The notes under the pieces were generated by a model, which saw nothing but the letters and a program-made list of their open reading frames with translations, ran no database searches and was not told where the DNA came from. A DNA stretch of 56,828 nt, from positions 1 to 56,828 of the forward strand of contig JAGOQE010000003.1 in the NCBI GenBank assembly GCA_017991635.1, in the 5' to 3' direction. The translations under genes were made by a program, and so were the position numbers. Positions 9,530 to 19,242 of this stretch are shown here, one piece after another (within the stretch, counting starts at the first letter, position 1; the number at the start of each line of letters is the position of its first letter). The stretch comes from Minisyncoccota bacterium. GTDB lineage: Bacteria > Patescibacteriota > Minisyncoccia > Phycocordibacterales > Phycocordibacteraceae.

Positions 9530-10354
9530 ATGATTATTGATGGCCGAGCTATTGCAGAGGAAGTGCTAACGCGTGTCCATGCGGAAGCCAAAACACTTCC
9601 TGCATCTCCTCGTTTGACGGCATTTGTCGTTGCGCCTACACCAGCCACCCGTTCGTACCTTTCCATCAAGCGCGCCCAAGCCTCAAAGGCGGGAGTGGTT
9701 ATGGATGTGCGTGAGCTACCAGAAACTATTAAGACTGACGAATTGATTTCAGTCATGCGCAACACGCCCACGGACGCAATCATTGTCCAGCTCCCACTAC
9801 CTTCTCATATAGACACTACTAATGTGCTCGAAGCCATCTCTGTTTCAAGAGATGCTGACGTATTATCTCCCCGCACGAGAAGTGATGGCGCGCTCATTCA
9901 TCCCATCGCAGCGTCCGTCGCTGAGGTGCTTCGAGTTGCTGGTGTTGAAGTTCTCGGCAAGCGAGCCGTTGTTGTGGGGCAGGGATGGCTGGTGGGACTT
10001 CCAAGTGCAGATTGGCTCACTAAACAGGGGGCAGAGGTAACACGAGTTACTAAGGAGTCGGGAGATTTACAGACCGCGCTCAAGACCGCTGACATTGTAG
10101 TGACTGGAGTAGGGAGTCCAAACCTCATTACGGCCGACATGGTGCCTGACGGAGTAGTTATCATTGATGCGGGCACAAGCGAGCTCGGAGGCTCCATTTC
10201 AGGGGATGTAGAGAGAGGAGTGGCAGAGAAGGCACGTGTATTTACTCCTGTTCCAGGTGGTCTCGGTCCCATCGCCGTGTCATTTCTTATGCATAATGTC
10301 GTCGCCCTCGCTAAGGCTCGCCTTTTGACAAAAGAGTCCCAAGAAGTACACTAA
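9530..10354 (+). CDS. folD: Bifunctional methylenetetrahydrofolate dehydrogenase/cyclohydrolase
   Basis: 274 aa. IIVQLPLP, VVGQG..VG.P and TPVPGGLGP motifs. Confidence 0.9.
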   Translation: MIIDGRAIAEEVLTRVHAEAKTLPASPRLTAFVVAPTPATRSYLSIKRAQASKAGVVMDVRELPETIKTDELISVMRNTPTDAIIVQLPLPSHIDTTNVLEAISVSRDADVLSPRTRSDGALIHPIAASVAEVLRVAGVEVLGKRAVVVGQGWLVGLPSADWLTKQGAEVTRVTKESGDLQTALKTADIVVTGVGSPNLITADMVPDGVVIIDAGTSELGGSISGDVERGVAEKARVFTPVPGGLGPIAVSFLMHNVVALAKARLLTKESQEVH

Positions 10355-10359
10355 TCCTC

Positions 10360-11670
10360 ATGAAATCAGCGCTTTCGCGCATAGTACCTGCGCTTTTAGT
10401 TCTTGGTATTGCTGTATTGCTCGGTTATTTCGTCTTTACTACTAATGCTCATGGAAATAAGTATGCGGTAAAACTTGGCCTTGATTTGGCGGGTGGAACC
10501 GAACTAATTTACAAAGCTGACACGAGTGCACTTACCGCTGACAAAAAAGGCGCCCTAGATTCTCTTCGCGAAGTAATTGATAAGCGCATAAACGTCTTTG
10601 GTGTTGCAGAACCTCTCGTGCAGATTGAGCAAGCAAGCACTTTTTCTGGGCAGGGAGAAGACAGACTCATTATTGAACTTCCTGGCGTAACTGATGTTGC
10701 TGCAGCGGTTGATGCGCTTGGCAAAACTCCTGTGCTTGAATTTAAGCTTGCGACTGGGGCAACTGATGCAGTATCAGAGGGTTTTGTTGATACAGGACTC
10801 ACTGGCCGTTACCTCAAGAAGTCCGAGCTCCAGTTCTCACAAGGAAATGGATCTACTGCAGCGAATGAACCGGTCATCGTTCTCTATTTCAACGAAGAAG
10901 GTGCAACACTATTTGAGAAAATTACGACAGAGCACACCGGACAGTCCCTCGGCATCTTCCTAGACGGTGAGTTAATGTCAGCGCCAATGATTCGTGAACC
11001 GATTGCAGGAGGTACTGCAACCATTACCGGTCAATTTACGCCAACAGAGGCGCGTGACCTTGTGCAGAATCTGAATTTCGGAGCGCTTCCAGTACCTATC
11101 GAACTTATTTCTTCAGGCTCTGTAGGCCCTACCTTGGGTGGGATTGCCTTTCAAGCTGGACTTATGGCGAGCGCCATTGGGTTCGCACTCGTCGCACTCT
11201 TCATGATTATCTGGTACCGCCTTCCTGGATTTGTCGCAGCGATAGCGCTCTTCATCTACATCATCATCACGCTCGCTGTAGTGAAGGTCGTGCCTATTAC
11301 GTTGACTGCTTCAGGTATTGCGGGACTCATTCTCTCCATAGGTATGGCAGTGGACGCAAACGTCCTTATCTTCGAGCGCATGAAGGAGGAACTCCGTCAT
11401 GGAAAGACGGTTCGTGAGTCACTCACGATTGGCTTTGGACGTGCATGGCCTGCAATCCGCGATGGACACCTCACCATGATTATCTCATCAGCTATTTTGT
11501 TCTGGATTGGCACTTCAATTGTCCAGGGATTTGCCCTCGTCTTCGGCTTCGGTGTGATTGCCTCTCTCGTCTCAGCAGTATTCATTACCCGCGTCTTCTT
11601 ACTCGCTCTCTTGCCTGAAGACCTAAAGGGGTGGAAGAGAAGTCTTGTCAGTAGCGGTTTTCACAAATAG
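10360..11670 (+). CDS. secD: Protein translocase subunit SecD
   Basis: 436 aa. LGLDL.GG, a periplasmic domain, and a C-terminal 6-TM region with GMAVDANVLIFER. Confidence 0.9.
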   Translation: MKSALSRIVPALLVLGIAVLLGYFVFTTNAHGNKYAVKLGLDLAGGTELIYKADTSALTADKKGALDSLREVIDKRINVFGVAEPLVQIEQASTFSGQGEDRLIIELPGVTDVAAAVDALGKTPVLEFKLATGATDAVSEGFVDTGLTGRYLKKSELQFSQGNGSTAANEPVIVLYFNEEGATLFEKITTEHTGQSLGIFLDGELMSAPMIREPIAGGTATITGQFTPTEARDLVQNLNFGALPVPIELISSGSVGPTLGGIAFQAGLMASAIGFALVALFMIIWYRLPGFVAAIALFIYIIITLAVVKVVPITLTASGIAGLILSIGMAVDANVLIFERMKEELRHGKTVRESLTIGFGRAWPAIRDGHLTMIISSAILFWIGTSIVQGFALVFGFGVIASLVSAVFITRVFLLALLPEDLKGWKRSLVSSGFHK

Positions 11671-11672
11671 GT

Positions 11673-12593
11673 ATGAACATCATCAAACATAGAATCGTCT
11701 TCTTCTGGCTCGGAGGCATCATTACGGTGCTTGCGATTGGGGCAATGGTTTTCTTTGGTATGCCTCGCTCTATAGAGTTTACGGGTGGCTCACTTGTTGA
11801 AGTTTCTTACACAGAAACTCGTCCAGATATAGCCTCACTCAAGGAGTCGCTCCATACCATTGGAGAGTTGGGTGAAGTATCTCTTCGAGAGAGCGGTGAT
11901 AATGGTGTACTGCTTCGCACACGTACACTTACTCCAGCTGAGCATGACGCCGTACTTGTCGTACTCTCCAAAGAGGGAACAGCTCCATTGACCGAGCTTC
12001 GCTTCAACTCAATCGGCCCTTCTCTTGGAAGTGAACTTGCTGGTAAGGCGCTCTACGCTCTCGGCGCCGTTATTCTTGCTATCGTCCTCTACATTGCGTG
12101 GGCGTTTAGACGAGTATCTAAGCCTGTATCCTCATGGGTGTATGGAGCGAGTGTCGTCTTGATTCTGCTTCATGACGTGATTGTGCCTGCAGGTTTCTAC
12201 GCCGTCTGGATGCATTTCACTGGTGCACAAGTAGACTCACTCTTTGTAGTTGCTATTCTCGCCATCCTTGGCTACTCAGTGAATGACACCATTGTTATCT
12301 TTGACCGTGTTCGCGAGAATCTTTCGCACCTTGAACACGGTAAACAGGAAGAGTCATTTGAGGATGTGGTAGGTCGCTCAATCACAGAAACGTTGGGACG
12401 TTCTATTAATACCTCAGTAACCGTTGCACTCGCGCTTCTGGCTCTTATCTTTGCAGGAAGCTCGGCAACCTTTACGTTTGCTCTCGTTCTTCTCGTGGGA
12501 GTGATTGTGGGAACGTACTCATCAATTCTCATTGCGGCACCGCTTCTCGTACCATTTGCAAAATGGTTTGCGAAGAAAGAGGAGGCTAAGTAA
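11673..12593 (+). CDS. secF: Protein translocase subunit SecF
   Basis: 306 aa. IEFTGG, GYSVNDTIVIFDRVREN. Immediately follows secD. Confidence 0.9.
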   Translation: MNIIKHRIVFFWLGGIITVLAIGAMVFFGMPRSIEFTGGSLVEVSYTETRPDIASLKESLHTIGELGEVSLRESGDNGVLLRTRTLTPAEHDAVLVVLSKEGTAPLTELRFNSIGPSLGSELAGKALYALGAVILAIVLYIAWAFRRVSKPVSSWVYGASVVLILLHDVIVPAGFYAVWMHFTGAQVDSLFVVAILAILGYSVNDTIVIFDRVRENLSHLEHGKQEESFEDVVGRSITETLGRSINTSVTVALALLALIFAGSSATFTFALVLLVGVIVGTYSSILIAAPLLVPFAKWFAKKEEAK

Positions 12594-12599
12594 CTCACC

Positions 12600-13190
12600 A
12601 TGATACTTGGCATTACCGGCACAAACGGAGCAGGAAAAGGTTCGGTAGTTGAGTATTTGGTTAAAGAGAAGGGGTTTGCGCACTACTCAGTACGCGACCT
12701 CGTCATGGAGGAAGTTGAGCGCCGCGGGCTTCCACTAAATAGGACAAACATCGGAGAGACTGCAACGAGTATGCGTGCCGAATTCTCGCCTTCATATTTC
12801 GTAGAGACATTTCTCAAGCGGGCAAACGAGGAAGGGAAGAGCGACGTCATTATTGAGTCTATAAGAACTCTTAAGGAGGCAGACCACCTCAAGGACCACG
12901 GAGCTTATTTAGTTGGAGTGAATGCGCCTGTAGAGGAGCGGTATCGTCGCATAACGGCGAGAGGTTCAGTCACGGATCACGTCTCCTTTGAGGATTTTAG
13001 AGCGCAGGAAGATGCTGAATACAGTCCCAAGGACGCTACTGACCCAAGCCAGATGAATGTCCTCGGTGTACTTGAGAGGGCGGACTACACGGTCATAAAC
13101 GACGGCACTGTAGGAGAGCTTTCTGCTAAAATTGAAGACATGCTTACTCATATTGCTTCACTCCATGCCACACATACACGAGAAAATTGA
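12600..13190 (+). CDS. P-loop nucleotide kinase (dephospho-CoA kinase/adenylate kinase-like fold)
   Basis: 196 aa. Walker A ILGITGTNGAGKGS. The specific substrate cannot be assigned from sequence. Confidence 0.65.
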   Translation: MILGITGTNGAGKGSVVEYLVKEKGFAHYSVRDLVMEEVERRGLPLNRTNIGETATSMRAEFSPSYFVETFLKRANEEGKSDVIIESIRTLKEADHLKDHGAYLVGVNAPVEERYRRITARGSVTDHVSFEDFRAQEDAEYSPKDATDPSQMNVLGVLERADYTVINDGTVGELSAKIEDMLTHIASLHATHTREN

Positions 13191-13629
13191 TTGGTCTGTA
13201 GATGTTTTCATAGTTAACGGTGACGCTGTTTTGCTTAGAAAGCACGACAAATACAAAATGTGGCTTGCGCCGGGGGGTCATGTGGAACTTGATGAGACTC
13301 CTGATGTCGCTGCGGTACGCGAAGCAAAAGAGGAGACAGGACTTGATGTGACGCTTGTCGGAGATGTGCCCGCTATAGGGGAGGGAGTAGGGTACAAGGA
13401 ACTGCTCGTACCAGCCTTTATGAATATCCATCCCATAAATGATGTGCATAGCCATATGTCGCTTGTCTACGTGGCAACGTCAGAATCTAGGGACGTGCAT
13501 GACGGCGAGACTGAAGTGAGTGATGGTATGCGTTGGTTTACTAGGGATGAGCTTGATGACCCTTCATGGGAGATTAAGGAAACTATTCTTCACTACGCTC
13601 GCCATGCTCTCACGCTCGTCGGAAAATAA
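13165..13629 (+). CDS. NUDIX hydrolase
   Basis: Nudix box GGHVELDETPDVAAVREAKEETGLDV. The first ATG is at 13165 and overlaps the end of the upstream gene. Confidence 0.8.
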   Translation: MPHIHEKIDWSVDVFIVNGDAVLLRKHDKYKMWLAPGGHVELDETPDVAAVREAKEETGLDVTLVGDVPAIGEGVGYKELLVPAFMNIHPINDVHSHMSLVYVATSESRDVHDGETEVSDGMRWFTRDELDDPSWEIKETILHYARHALTLVGK

Positions 13630-13636
13630 TTGGTAT

Positions 13637-14143
13637 GTGATTACGGGCGCACCATCGTCCGGGAAGACGACGCTTGTGAATGCGCTACAGGCGCGCGGGT
13701 ATGTAATAAGCGAAGAGTCCGCAAGAGCGTACATTCTAGAAGAATTAGAAAAGGGTAAAAAGCTCAAAGAAATACGCAAAGAAATTCTTTCTTTTCAGCG
13801 AGAAATTTTAAAACGAGTAGTAGAGAAGGAGTCAAAGCTCAACAAGGAAGAAGTGGTGTTTTTGGATAGGGGAGTTCCCGACACGCGAGGCTTCCTTATG
13901 TATAACAATGTCGAAGAGCCTGTGGATGTGAAAAATGTCATAGACGCAGTGTCATACAAAAAGGCGTTCATTCTTGATACGCTTCCACTCACACCTGACG
14001 AGGTGCGCACTGAAGACGCAGAGGCAATTAAGGGTCTTGATAGGATGCTTGAGGAAACCTACAAGGGACTTAATATTCCACTTATTCGTGTGCCAGTAAT
14101 GCCAAACGAAGATCGAGTAGATTTCGTGCTAAATAATCTGTAG
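13637..14143 (+). CDS. AAA_28/NadR-like P-loop ATPase
   Basis: A GTG start at 13637 gives (M)ITGAPSSGKTTL directly after the upstream stop (13627-13629). The longer track ORF from 13520 would overlap the NUDIX gene by 110 nt. Confidence 0.6.
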   Translation: MITGAPSSGKTTLVNALQARGYVISEESARAYILEELEKGKKLKEIRKEILSFQREILKRVVEKESKLNKEEVVFLDRGVPDTRGFLMYNNVEEPVDVKNVIDAVSYKKAFILDTLPLTPDEVRTEDAEAIKGLDRMLEETYKGLNIPLIRVPVMPNEDRVDFVLNNL

Positions 14144-14233
14144 TTTTCGAGTATTAGATTATCTCTGTAGTGAGTCGGGGTGACTTTCCCCGAGTACGTC
14201 ATGAGGCAGTGTGTAGCCTGTTACACTTTATGT

Positions 14234-14728
14234 ATGTTTAATAAGATGAAGGGATTCACTCTTATAGAGCTTCTTGTGGTGATCGCCATAATTGGAATTT
14301 TGTCATCGGTTGTGTTGTCTTCACTTAATACTGCAAGAGCCAAAGCTCGTGACGCACAACGGAGAGCTTCTTTAAGTGCACTCGCTAATGCCAATGAATT
14401 GCGGTACTCAGATACGGGGCTATACCCATCCACTGCAGGGTGGCTATCAAATCCCAATCATGGCGGACTAGACTCGGCCTTAACACCTACGTATATATCG
14501 AGAGTCCCCGATGATCCGTTAGGAACAAATGGTCATACCTTTATGTATTGGAGACGTGATTACAATCTGAACTCATATTGTGTCGGTGTGGCAGGAACAG
14601 ACCCTAACAGATATGCGTACTACGCAAAACTTGAGAATCCTTCAAGTGTAGATCTTGGCGCATTTACTGATGCGTTTGATCAGTGTATAAGAACGCAGTT
14701 TGGAATGAACTATAAAAGAGGAAACTAA
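14234..14728 (+). CDS. Type IV pilin/pseudopilin (prepilin-type N-terminal cleavage/methylation domain)
   Basis: MFNKMKG|FTLIELLVVIAIIGIL is a class III signal peptide. The start is either 14234 or 14246. Confidence 0.8.
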   Translation: MFNKMKGFTLIELLVVIAIIGILSSVVLSSLNTARAKARDAQRRASLSALANANELRYSDTGLYPSTAGWLSNPNHGGLDSALTPTYISRVPDDPLGTNGHTFMYWRRDYNLNSYCVGVAGTDPNRYAYYAKLENPSSVDLGAFTDAFDQCIRTQFGMNYKRGN

Positions 14729-15447
14729 ACCTGTCCGATTGTTGAGCCCGCAAAGGAAAGTCCATCAAGGTATTTTTCAAACTCATCCAACTTCTTTCCG
14801 TTGATGATAGCTACTTCAAGCTTGAGGTGGTCTGCTTCTTTTGCGGCGACGGGGTCAAATGGGGAAGAGAGACCCGGGTCCCATTCTTTAGGAATGATGT
14901 TTCTGAAATCAGTCCATGAAATTTGTTCAATCTTTTTTGCGTCAGGATTCTTCTTTGGGTCTGCGTCGTAGACGTAATCAATGTTAGAGAGGTTCACCAT
15001 TTTTTTTGCACCAATTTTCTTCGCTGCAAGTACGGCACAGTAGTCAGTAGACCAACCCGGCTTCCATCCGGCACCAATGATGACAGAAGAACGCGTAGAC
15101 ACGTGTCGCGTTGGGTTTTTTACAATACGCGCTTGAGCATCTTCCTTGAAAAGAGTACGCATGAGGTGTGCGTTAAGGCGCGTTGAGTGAATACCAATCC
15201 AATCCAAATCTTCACGAGGTAAATCTCCACGTGCTGTTTGAATTGCGTCTTGGTAGTTGCGCGCAGTGCGCCCTCCACCTGTGATGATATAGAACGAAAG
15301 GCCCTCAGAGACCTTTTTTAAAATAAGGGAGCGAAACCTTGTCAGGAATTCAGTATCAATACCGTCGGGAACGATTAAAGAACCCCCAACGGACACAATA
15401 ACGTACTCACCCCGTCGCACCCGACCTTTTTGCTTAAACAATTCCAT
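14725..15447 (-). CDS. pyrH: Uridylate (UMP) kinase, archaeal-type
   Basis: 240 aa. Amino-acid kinase fold motifs VSVGGS, ITGGG..AR and AG..PG.STD. Its stop overlaps the pilin stop by 4 nt. Confidence 0.85.
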   Translation of the reverse strand: MELFKQKGRVRRGEYVIVSVGGSLIVPDGIDTEFLTRFRSLILKKVSEGLSFYIITGGGRTARNYQDAIQTARGDLPREDLDWIGIHSTRLNAHLMRTLFKEDAQARIVKNPTRHVSTRSSVIIGAGWKPGWSTDYCAVLAAKKIGAKKMVNLSNIDYVYDADPKKNPDAKKIEQISWTDFRNIIPKEWDPGLSSPFDPVAAKEADHLKLEVAIINGKKLDEFEKYLDGLSFAGSTIGQV

Positions 15448-15671
15448 ACATTTGGTTTCGTTCTGCGGATTTCGCAGTTCCTCTGTAGAGGTGCAACGGG
15501 GCGAGCGCTTTTAAACAGTTAGAATGCATGCAAGGTTTGACGGCTCCTCAAAGTATACGCTGTTTGCCCATGAGAACAACTTGAAAAGTGGGAAAAGTAT
15601 TTCACAAACTTTTCTAAGTGTTTGTGCAAAGGGTAAGTGTGAACCATGTGAAGAAACGGAAAGGGCAGGTG

Positions 15672-15700
15672 TTGACAAAATATTCAGTATGGTATATAAT
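15672..15700 (+). promoter_or_regulatory. Consensus sigma70-type promoter (TTGACA-17 nt-TATAAT) about 240 nt upstream of 16S
   Basis: TTGACA at 15672-15677, a 17-nt spacer, TATAAT at 15695-15700. Confidence 0.6.
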
Positions 15701-15706
15701 GTATCT

Positions 15707-15781
15707 ATACAAATGAGCGTCTTTGACCTCAATTTCTCCACTAAAAAGACCCCGAAAGCACCTGTGCTTTCGGGGTCTTTT
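15707..15781 (+). ncRNA. Candidate small RNA of about 75 nt, or an rRNA leader attenuator, bounded by a consensus promoter and an intrinsic terminator
   Basis: The predicted TSS is about 7 nt after the -10. The hairpin at 15745-15780 plus a T-run closes the unit. No ORF. Confidence 0.3.
15745..15781 (+). terminator. Terminator-like hairpin in the 16S upstream region (A-run/T-run flanked, potentially bidirectional)
   Basis: aaagaccccgaaagca / cctg / tgctttcggggtcttt, a 16-bp stem followed by T. Confidence 0.6.
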
Positions 15782-15799
15782 GCCTTGATTTACCTATGC

Positions 15800-15828
15800 T
15801 TGACGTGCGTATACGGGGCGTGTAGTAT
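15800..15828 (+). promoter_or_regulatory. Possible proximal 16S promoter (TTGACG-17 nt-TAGTAT)
   Basis: TTGACG at 15800-15805 and TAGTAT at 15823-15828. Motif match only. Confidence 0.4.
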
Positions 15829-15909
15829 ACCTCTACTACCCCTGATTAAAGGGGTGGGGGATTTGTTTGACCTTTGATAATTGAATAGATCTAAAAGGTA
15901 GTGAACCAA

Positions 15910-15936
15910 GAGTGTTTTCTTGTGTTCCGCCTATTC
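15910..15936 (+). other. 16S precursor processing-stem strand (leader side)
   Basis: These 27 nt pair with 17608-17634, giving 25 Watson-Crick pairs, 1 G-U and 1 mismatch. Confidence 0.65.
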
Positions 15937-15938
15937 TT

Positions 15939-17646
<1,708 letters not shown>

Positions 17647-17662
17647 ATCTATTTGATTATCG

Positions 17663-17710
17663 CGAACAAGGCGGAGTTGTTTTCCTCGGAAAACAACTCC
17701 GCCTTGTTCG
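17663..17710 (+). terminator. Strong hairpin terminator after 16S
   Basis: A stem of about 22 bp, gaacaaggcggagttgttttc / gaaaacaactccgccttgttc, followed by a T-rich tract. Confidence 0.75.
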
Positions 17711-17714
17711 TTAT

Positions 17715-17743
17715 TGACTTTTCATATTTTTTGTTATATTATT
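17715..17743 (+). promoter_or_regulatory. Possible promoter (TTGACT-17 nt-TATTAT)
   Basis: TTGACT at 17715-17720 and TATTAT at 17738-17743. Confidence 0.45.
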
Positions 17744-17778
17744 TGAATATCGTTCACCGTGCGTAAAGGGGATAGCAA

Positions 17779-18009
17779 GTGCCTGAGTTCCTTCAGATGT
17801 GTATGTGTCGCCCTCTGCGACGCTTCAAGTGGTACCGAAATGCCTCGGGCGGTCATTGGATTATGACCGAGTATAAAAAGCCGTCGTCCTGGAAGCCGAT
17901 TTCCGAGCGGCAGTCCGAGGACCATCGCTACAAGACGAACAAGTTTCCTGTTCGTTCGTGGAGTCTTCCGCAGGAAGACCCCACCAAGAAGAAAGAGCCC
18001 TCAGTGTGA
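17779..18009 (+). CDS. rpsU: Possible divergent ribosomal protein bS21
   Basis: 76 aa with a GTG start. MPEF..., LRRFK, then YKKPS 14 residues later, and a basic tail; this mirrors the S21 pattern (..ALRRFKR..17 aa..YEKPS..). AAAGGGG lies 8 nt upstream. Many conserved positions are substituted, so the call is tentative. Confidence 0.4.
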   Translation: MPEFLQMCMCRPLRRFKWYRNASGGHWIMTEYKKPSSWKPISERQSEDHRYKTNKFPVRSWSLPQEDPTKKKEPSV

Positions 18010-18015
18010 GGGAAA

Positions 18016-18043
18016 AGGCGTTACTGACAAGTCAGTAACGCCT
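18016..18043. terminator. Hairpin between convergent small ORFs; the T-run is on the minus-strand side
   Basis: aggcgttactgac / gtcagtaacgcct. On the minus strand it is followed by TTTT. Confidence 0.5.
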
Positions 18044-18370
18044 TCAACGATTGTCTCGCGCATTCTTTTCACACATCTGCGCCATATGCGAATTTTGTTT
18101 CGGTGACGCTTACGCTTCTCCTCAATGGAAGACATTCGAACACCCTGGAGTCGTTTGGATTCACGCGTTGTTCCGCGGTGCACCATGATACTTCCACTAT
18201 AGCAAGGAGCTGGAAAAGGAAGGAAGAGTCTGTTAATATCGTTTGACCGGGCTTTGGGGCATCGTGCGCTTGTATACCGTGTCGAAATGCTCCGCATTTC
18301 TCAGGTATACACGTCGCTCGCTCGGAGTACGTATATAAAGGTAAGAACCTTCATATACGTATCCTCACTC

Positions 18371-18443
18371 GCGCGTGTAGCTCAGTTGGTAGAGCACTCG
18401 ACTGATACTCGAGCGGTCGTAGGTTCGAATCCTACCGCGCGCA
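18371..18443 (+). tRNA. tRNA-Ile (anticodon GAU), CCA not encoded
   Basis: Cloverleaf read by hand: acceptor gcgcgtg/cgcgcgc, D arm gctc-agttggta-gagc, anticodon arm ctcga-ctGATac-tcgag, T arm gtagg-ttcgaat-cctac, discriminator A. Confidence 0.9.
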
Positions 18444-18609
18444 CTCACTAGGTTGTATTTAATGTAGATTACTCAGGGGAAGTAGGCGACCTTCTTGCGG
18501 AGGAGTCTTCGATGACTAGCAAGAAGAAGTCCTTTAGGGCTCGACATCATACCGCGCACCAAAGGGCTGTATTTTGTTCAGGATTACTCAAGAGGGAGTA
18601 GGCGACCTT
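18433..18609 (+). repeat. Imperfect direct repeat of about 60 nt: the tRNA-Ile 3' end plus flank (18433-18493) is duplicated at 18550-18609
   Basis: Both copies share taccgcgc...gtattt...gattactca.g.gga.gtaggcgacctt. The second copy reads ccgcgcacca, like a mature tRNA 3' end with CCA. Confidence 0.5.
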
Positions 18610-18661
18610 ATACGGTGCGGATAATGGCCACTATTGTAATGTGTACTGGTATACTGAATAT

Positions 18662-19159
18662 ATGAAAGATGCCTTCGTTATTGGAATCCTCGCCCTTGTC
18701 GCAATTGCTGTAGGGCTCGTGTTGTACTTCTCAGTTCCTACTCTTTTTAAGGATTCGGAGGGAACCGTTTCGTATAAGGAGATTAAGTCAGGGCAAAATG
18801 CTACTCAGGAACCACAGCGTGCCAACTATCGCATCCGCTCTCAATCAGAGTTTGAGGCGCTTTGGTACCACCTCTATGGTACTGATCAACCTGGTGTAGA
18901 AAATATTGATTTCACCAAACAAGAAGTGCTCGCAGTCTTTGACGGCACACACTCAACAGGTGGTTATGCAGTAAAGGTTACCAAGGTTGAAGACACGCTC
19001 CTGGCTCGTGTCGTTACCATTGAGCACGTGGCACCGGACCCTTCCTGTACTGTTCCTGAATCAATTTCAGCACCGTATCAAATAATTGTCCTACCTATCC
19101 TGAAGCAGGGGAATACGCTTACGCACAATGACGTAGAGTCAGTGATTCGTTGCCCATAG
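18662..19159 (+). CDS. Membrane-anchored PrcB-C-like domain protein
   Basis: ATG at 18662 gives MKDAFVIGILALVAIAVGLVLYF (TM). SEFEALW...IDFTKQEVLAVFDGTHSTGGYAVKVTKVE resembles the PrcB C-terminal domain pattern. Confidence 0.6.
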   Translation: MKDAFVIGILALVAIAVGLVLYFSVPTLFKDSEGTVSYKEIKSGQNATQEPQRANYRIRSQSEFEALWYHLYGTDQPGVENIDFTKQEVLAVFDGTHSTGGYAVKVTKVEDTLLARVVTIEHVAPDPSCTVPESISAPYQIIVLPILKQGNTLTHNDVESVIRCP

Positions 19160-19242
19160 TCGTTTTAACCTGTCTTTTAGGGTAGGATGCGAAGTATGGA
19201 CCCCGTTAGAAGCATTGCGCCGATAGCAAAGCCTACACACAT

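Noticed and set aside
13520-13636. Upstream extension of the AAA ATPase ORF
   Set aside because: It overlaps the NUDIX gene by 110 nt. A GTG at 13637 puts the Walker A motif at the N-terminus, as is usual for this family.
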